From assembly GCF_009914755.1 (NCBI RefSeq), contig NC_060926.1: 64,000 bases of DNA, one strand, 5' to 3'. Source of the stretch: the human T2T-CHM13v2.0 reference genome, Homo sapiens. The notes below the pieces were generated by a model, which had not been told where the DNA came from, did not search any database, and saw nothing but the letters and a program-made list of their open reading frames with translations. Shown piece after piece: positions 59,501 to 64,000 of the stretch (within the stretch, counting starts at the first letter, position 1; each line of letters begins with the position of its first letter). The position numbers and the translations under genes were made by a program.

Positions 59501-59909
59501 TGTTCCTTGCTTATGTCTTGTCTCCCCATTTGATTTGGAGGGTCCTGGGCAGGGACCACTGGGCTGGGCTCTAGTAGGCCCCCTGTAAAGACCTGTTGAG
59601 TAATTAGAAGAGACAGTGGCCCCATCTGGGTGAATCCTGAATTTAATCAATTTCCTGGATCCTTGTTTATTTTGCAAGTAGGATAAGAATGTCATTGAAA
59701 TCCTATCATGTAGTCATGGAAGGGCTAATACAGTCAGTGTACTGCTACTCACTAAGCATGCTGTTTAGCTCAGCGGTTTTTTGTTTTGTTTTGATAACAA
59801 GACTGTCTCGATGAAAGAAGCAGGGCGTTGTTTAATATTCTAATGCAGGCTCCTTATTTCACGACATACTGGTAGTTACACTTGGAGTCGCAGTGAAATA
59901 AAACATCTA

Positions 59910-60287
<378 letters not shown>

Positions 60288-60683
60288 TTAGACAGCAAGA
60301 AATAGAGCTGCAGTTGGTACCAGGGCCTCATAACACTGGGTCTATAATCACAATGAAGCACCACCAGTGTCAATGCATGTAAATTTCACACCCCTTATCA
60401 CACTGCATCTACAAAGTAGTGCTGAGAACTGGGCATGGCAGGCATTAGTCTCTCCACGAGGAAACAGGCTCGGAGACTCTGAAGATCCGTCCAAATGCAT
60501 AGAGTGGGGAAGCAGTGAAAAGACGACGTTAGGACATCCCAGCCCTGCCCACGTTCAGAGTTTGTTCCAACACATTAGTCTTCAGATGAGCTCACTATTT
60601 TAGTCCTGCGTGCTCCAGCAATGGCCTGAGAGGTGTGGGTACGTGCTGAATGTCCAGGCCTTGTTAAAGATAACTGCAGTACG

Positions 60684-60983
<300 letters not shown>

Positions 60984-61375
60984 AAAGATAACTGCAGGAT
61001 GGATACACAAGTGCTACTTTAGAAATTGAAATGCTCCAAGTTTTTAGCAGTTTTATCTGTAATAGAACTCAGTTTCTAAGAGGCTCTATTCCTGTGTCTT
61101 CTGGTAACATACCTACTAGTTATCTTAAATCTGTTTTTGAACAAAGTATGGAAAAGATAATACCTCAAAATGAGCCTTGATTTACACAGCAGCAGGCAAG
61201 GTCTCTGATAGAAAATACTTTGTAAATCATGAACCTCATGCAAATGCTAGGTATTACTTATATTTTGAAGCCCGGAACAATGAGATGTTTGACATTTTTC
61301 AATTAGAAGTATGGAGCTGAGATACTTGTCCATTGAAAACATAACACAACCCATAAAATCGTATTTTTTTTAAAA

Positions 61376-61692
<317 letters not shown>

Positions 61693-61761
61693 TAAGTTTC
61701 ATTTTTAACAACACAGATTAGTTCAATCAAATATCTTAAATCTTAAAATGAAATCTTTTTG

Positions 61762-62070
61762 AACAGAAAACCAAATACCACATGTTCTCACTCATAAGTG
61801 GGAGCTGAACATTGGATACTCGTGGACATAAAGATGGGAACAATAGACATTGGGGACTGCTACAGCAGCGAGAAAAGGAGGGGTGGAGGGAGCAAGGACT
61901 GAAAAACTATTGGAGACTATGCTTAGTACCCGGGTGGCAGGATCAATTGTATCCCAAACCTCAGCATCACACAATATACCCAGGTAAGAAACCTGCACAT
62001 ATACCCTAAGAATCTACAATGAAAGCAGAAATTAGTAAAAATAAAATAAATGTAAAAAAATAAAAAATAC
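61762..62070 (+). mobile_element. L1 3' end fragment
   Basis: 'aacagaaaaccaaataccacatgttctcactcataagtgggagctgaac...aaacctgcacat' plus A-rich tail. Confidence 0.9.
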
Positions 62071-62652
62071 TTTAAGCAAAGCAAGCCACATATAGGAACC
62101 AAGAGGATCCTTACAAAGATTGCTTCTTCCTCTGGAGCAGACACCCACCAAGCCGACAACCACAAGTAAGTTTCCTTGCAATTTTAAAAGCCAAGGATTT
62201 GCCACACTTTTGTAGACCTCACATAAGCTCTTCATTGCACGTGGGAAACCTATGAACACTTTATTTCCGCTCACAACTTCCTGTCTGGATGTTGGCATTC
62301 AGGGGGCCTGGGAAGGGGTTGGTGGGTGCAGGGCCCCCCATGCTCTGTGGCTGCCAGATAAGGCCTCGTTTGTTATAATGAAGTGAATCAAGCTGGCCGA
62401 TAAGCCTAAGTTCCCTTCTCTTTTTTTCCCCAGGAGAAGTTAGACTCCTCAAGTGTGGGGTCTAGATTTGCTGGAAGGATGCTTAGCTGAACGTAGTCCA
62501 CAGAGAAGGATGGGGAAGATCTTTGTTTTCTAGACCTGTGACTTTTCTAATTTAAGTGGCTAACATATGATCTTTTTAAGGAAAGAGGTCTTTACACCAG
62601 CTTGGACTGCAGAGGAAAACTGGGAATTCCTTGGCAGAAAATCTCTATTCGA

Positions 62653-63176
<524 letters not shown>

Positions 63177-63187
63177 TTCTATTTTAA

Positions 63188-63563
<376 letters not shown>

Positions 63564-63584
63564 TGAAATGGAAACTCCTAGGCT

Positions 63585-63869
63585 GGTCTGAATGACAGCA
63601 GTGTAGCGTGGCCATAGGCAGAAGAGCCAGGCTGTGGAGGTGGCTGGAATTTGGTCCCAACCTTGACCAGGTACACCCTGGGTCTGAGTGACAGCAGCGT
63701 AGCGTGGCCATAGGCAGAAGAGCCAGGCTGTGGAGGTGGCTGGAATTTGGTCCCAACCTTGACCAGGTACACCCTGGGTCTGAGTGACAGTGGCATAGCG
63801 TGGCCATAGGCAGAAGAGCCAGGCTGTGGAGGTGGCTGGAATTTGGTCCCAACCTTGACCAGGTACACC
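63585..63869. repeat. 96-bp minisatellite, ~3 copies
   Basis: Unit starts (ggtctga) at 63585, 63681 and 63777; copies differ at only a few bases near the unit start. Confidence 0.97.
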
Positions 63870-64000
63870 TTAACAGTGAGCCAGGAAGGCTGCCCTACTT
63901 CCTGGAGGCTCAAGGTCTTGATATCTGAGATGGGGCCAATGCTAACATCTAAACTCTTAAAGTTATTGTGAAGATTAAAAGAGATAATGAATAAAATGTC

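Noticed and set aside
63585-63869. Possible CRISPR-like array
   Set aside because: The units are contiguous with no unique spacers, the context is eukaryotic, and there are no cas genes.

Overview
This is primate, most likely human, non-coding genomic DNA. About 30 Alu copies (AluJ, AluS and AluY types) are mixed with MIR, L2, old L1 fragments, MaLR/ERVL LTRs (including a full LTR-int-LTR THE1 element) and hAT/Tigger MITEs. I found no protein-coding gene, tRNA, rRNA, CRISPR array or prokaryote-like system. The supplied ORFs are Alu-, LTR- or low-complexity-derived, or are chance ORFs with no recognisable domain. I cannot name the locus. Between the repeats lie several repeat-free, motif-dense blocks that look like enhancers, plus some plus-strand exon-like segments that could belong to a lncRNA or an unrecognised gene. 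The most informative structures are: (1) a ~1.46 kb poly(A)-tailed insertion of non-autonomous sequence with a 15-bp target-site duplication (TSD) that splits an MLT1 LTR, probably an orphan transduction or retrocopy; (2) one ~16-bp target site used by both an L1 and an AluY; (3) a 96-bp x3 minisatellite; (4) a triple nuclear-receptor half-site array. Repeat subfamily names come from recalled consensus sequences, not from a RepeatMasker run. Boundaries of old repeats are approximate.
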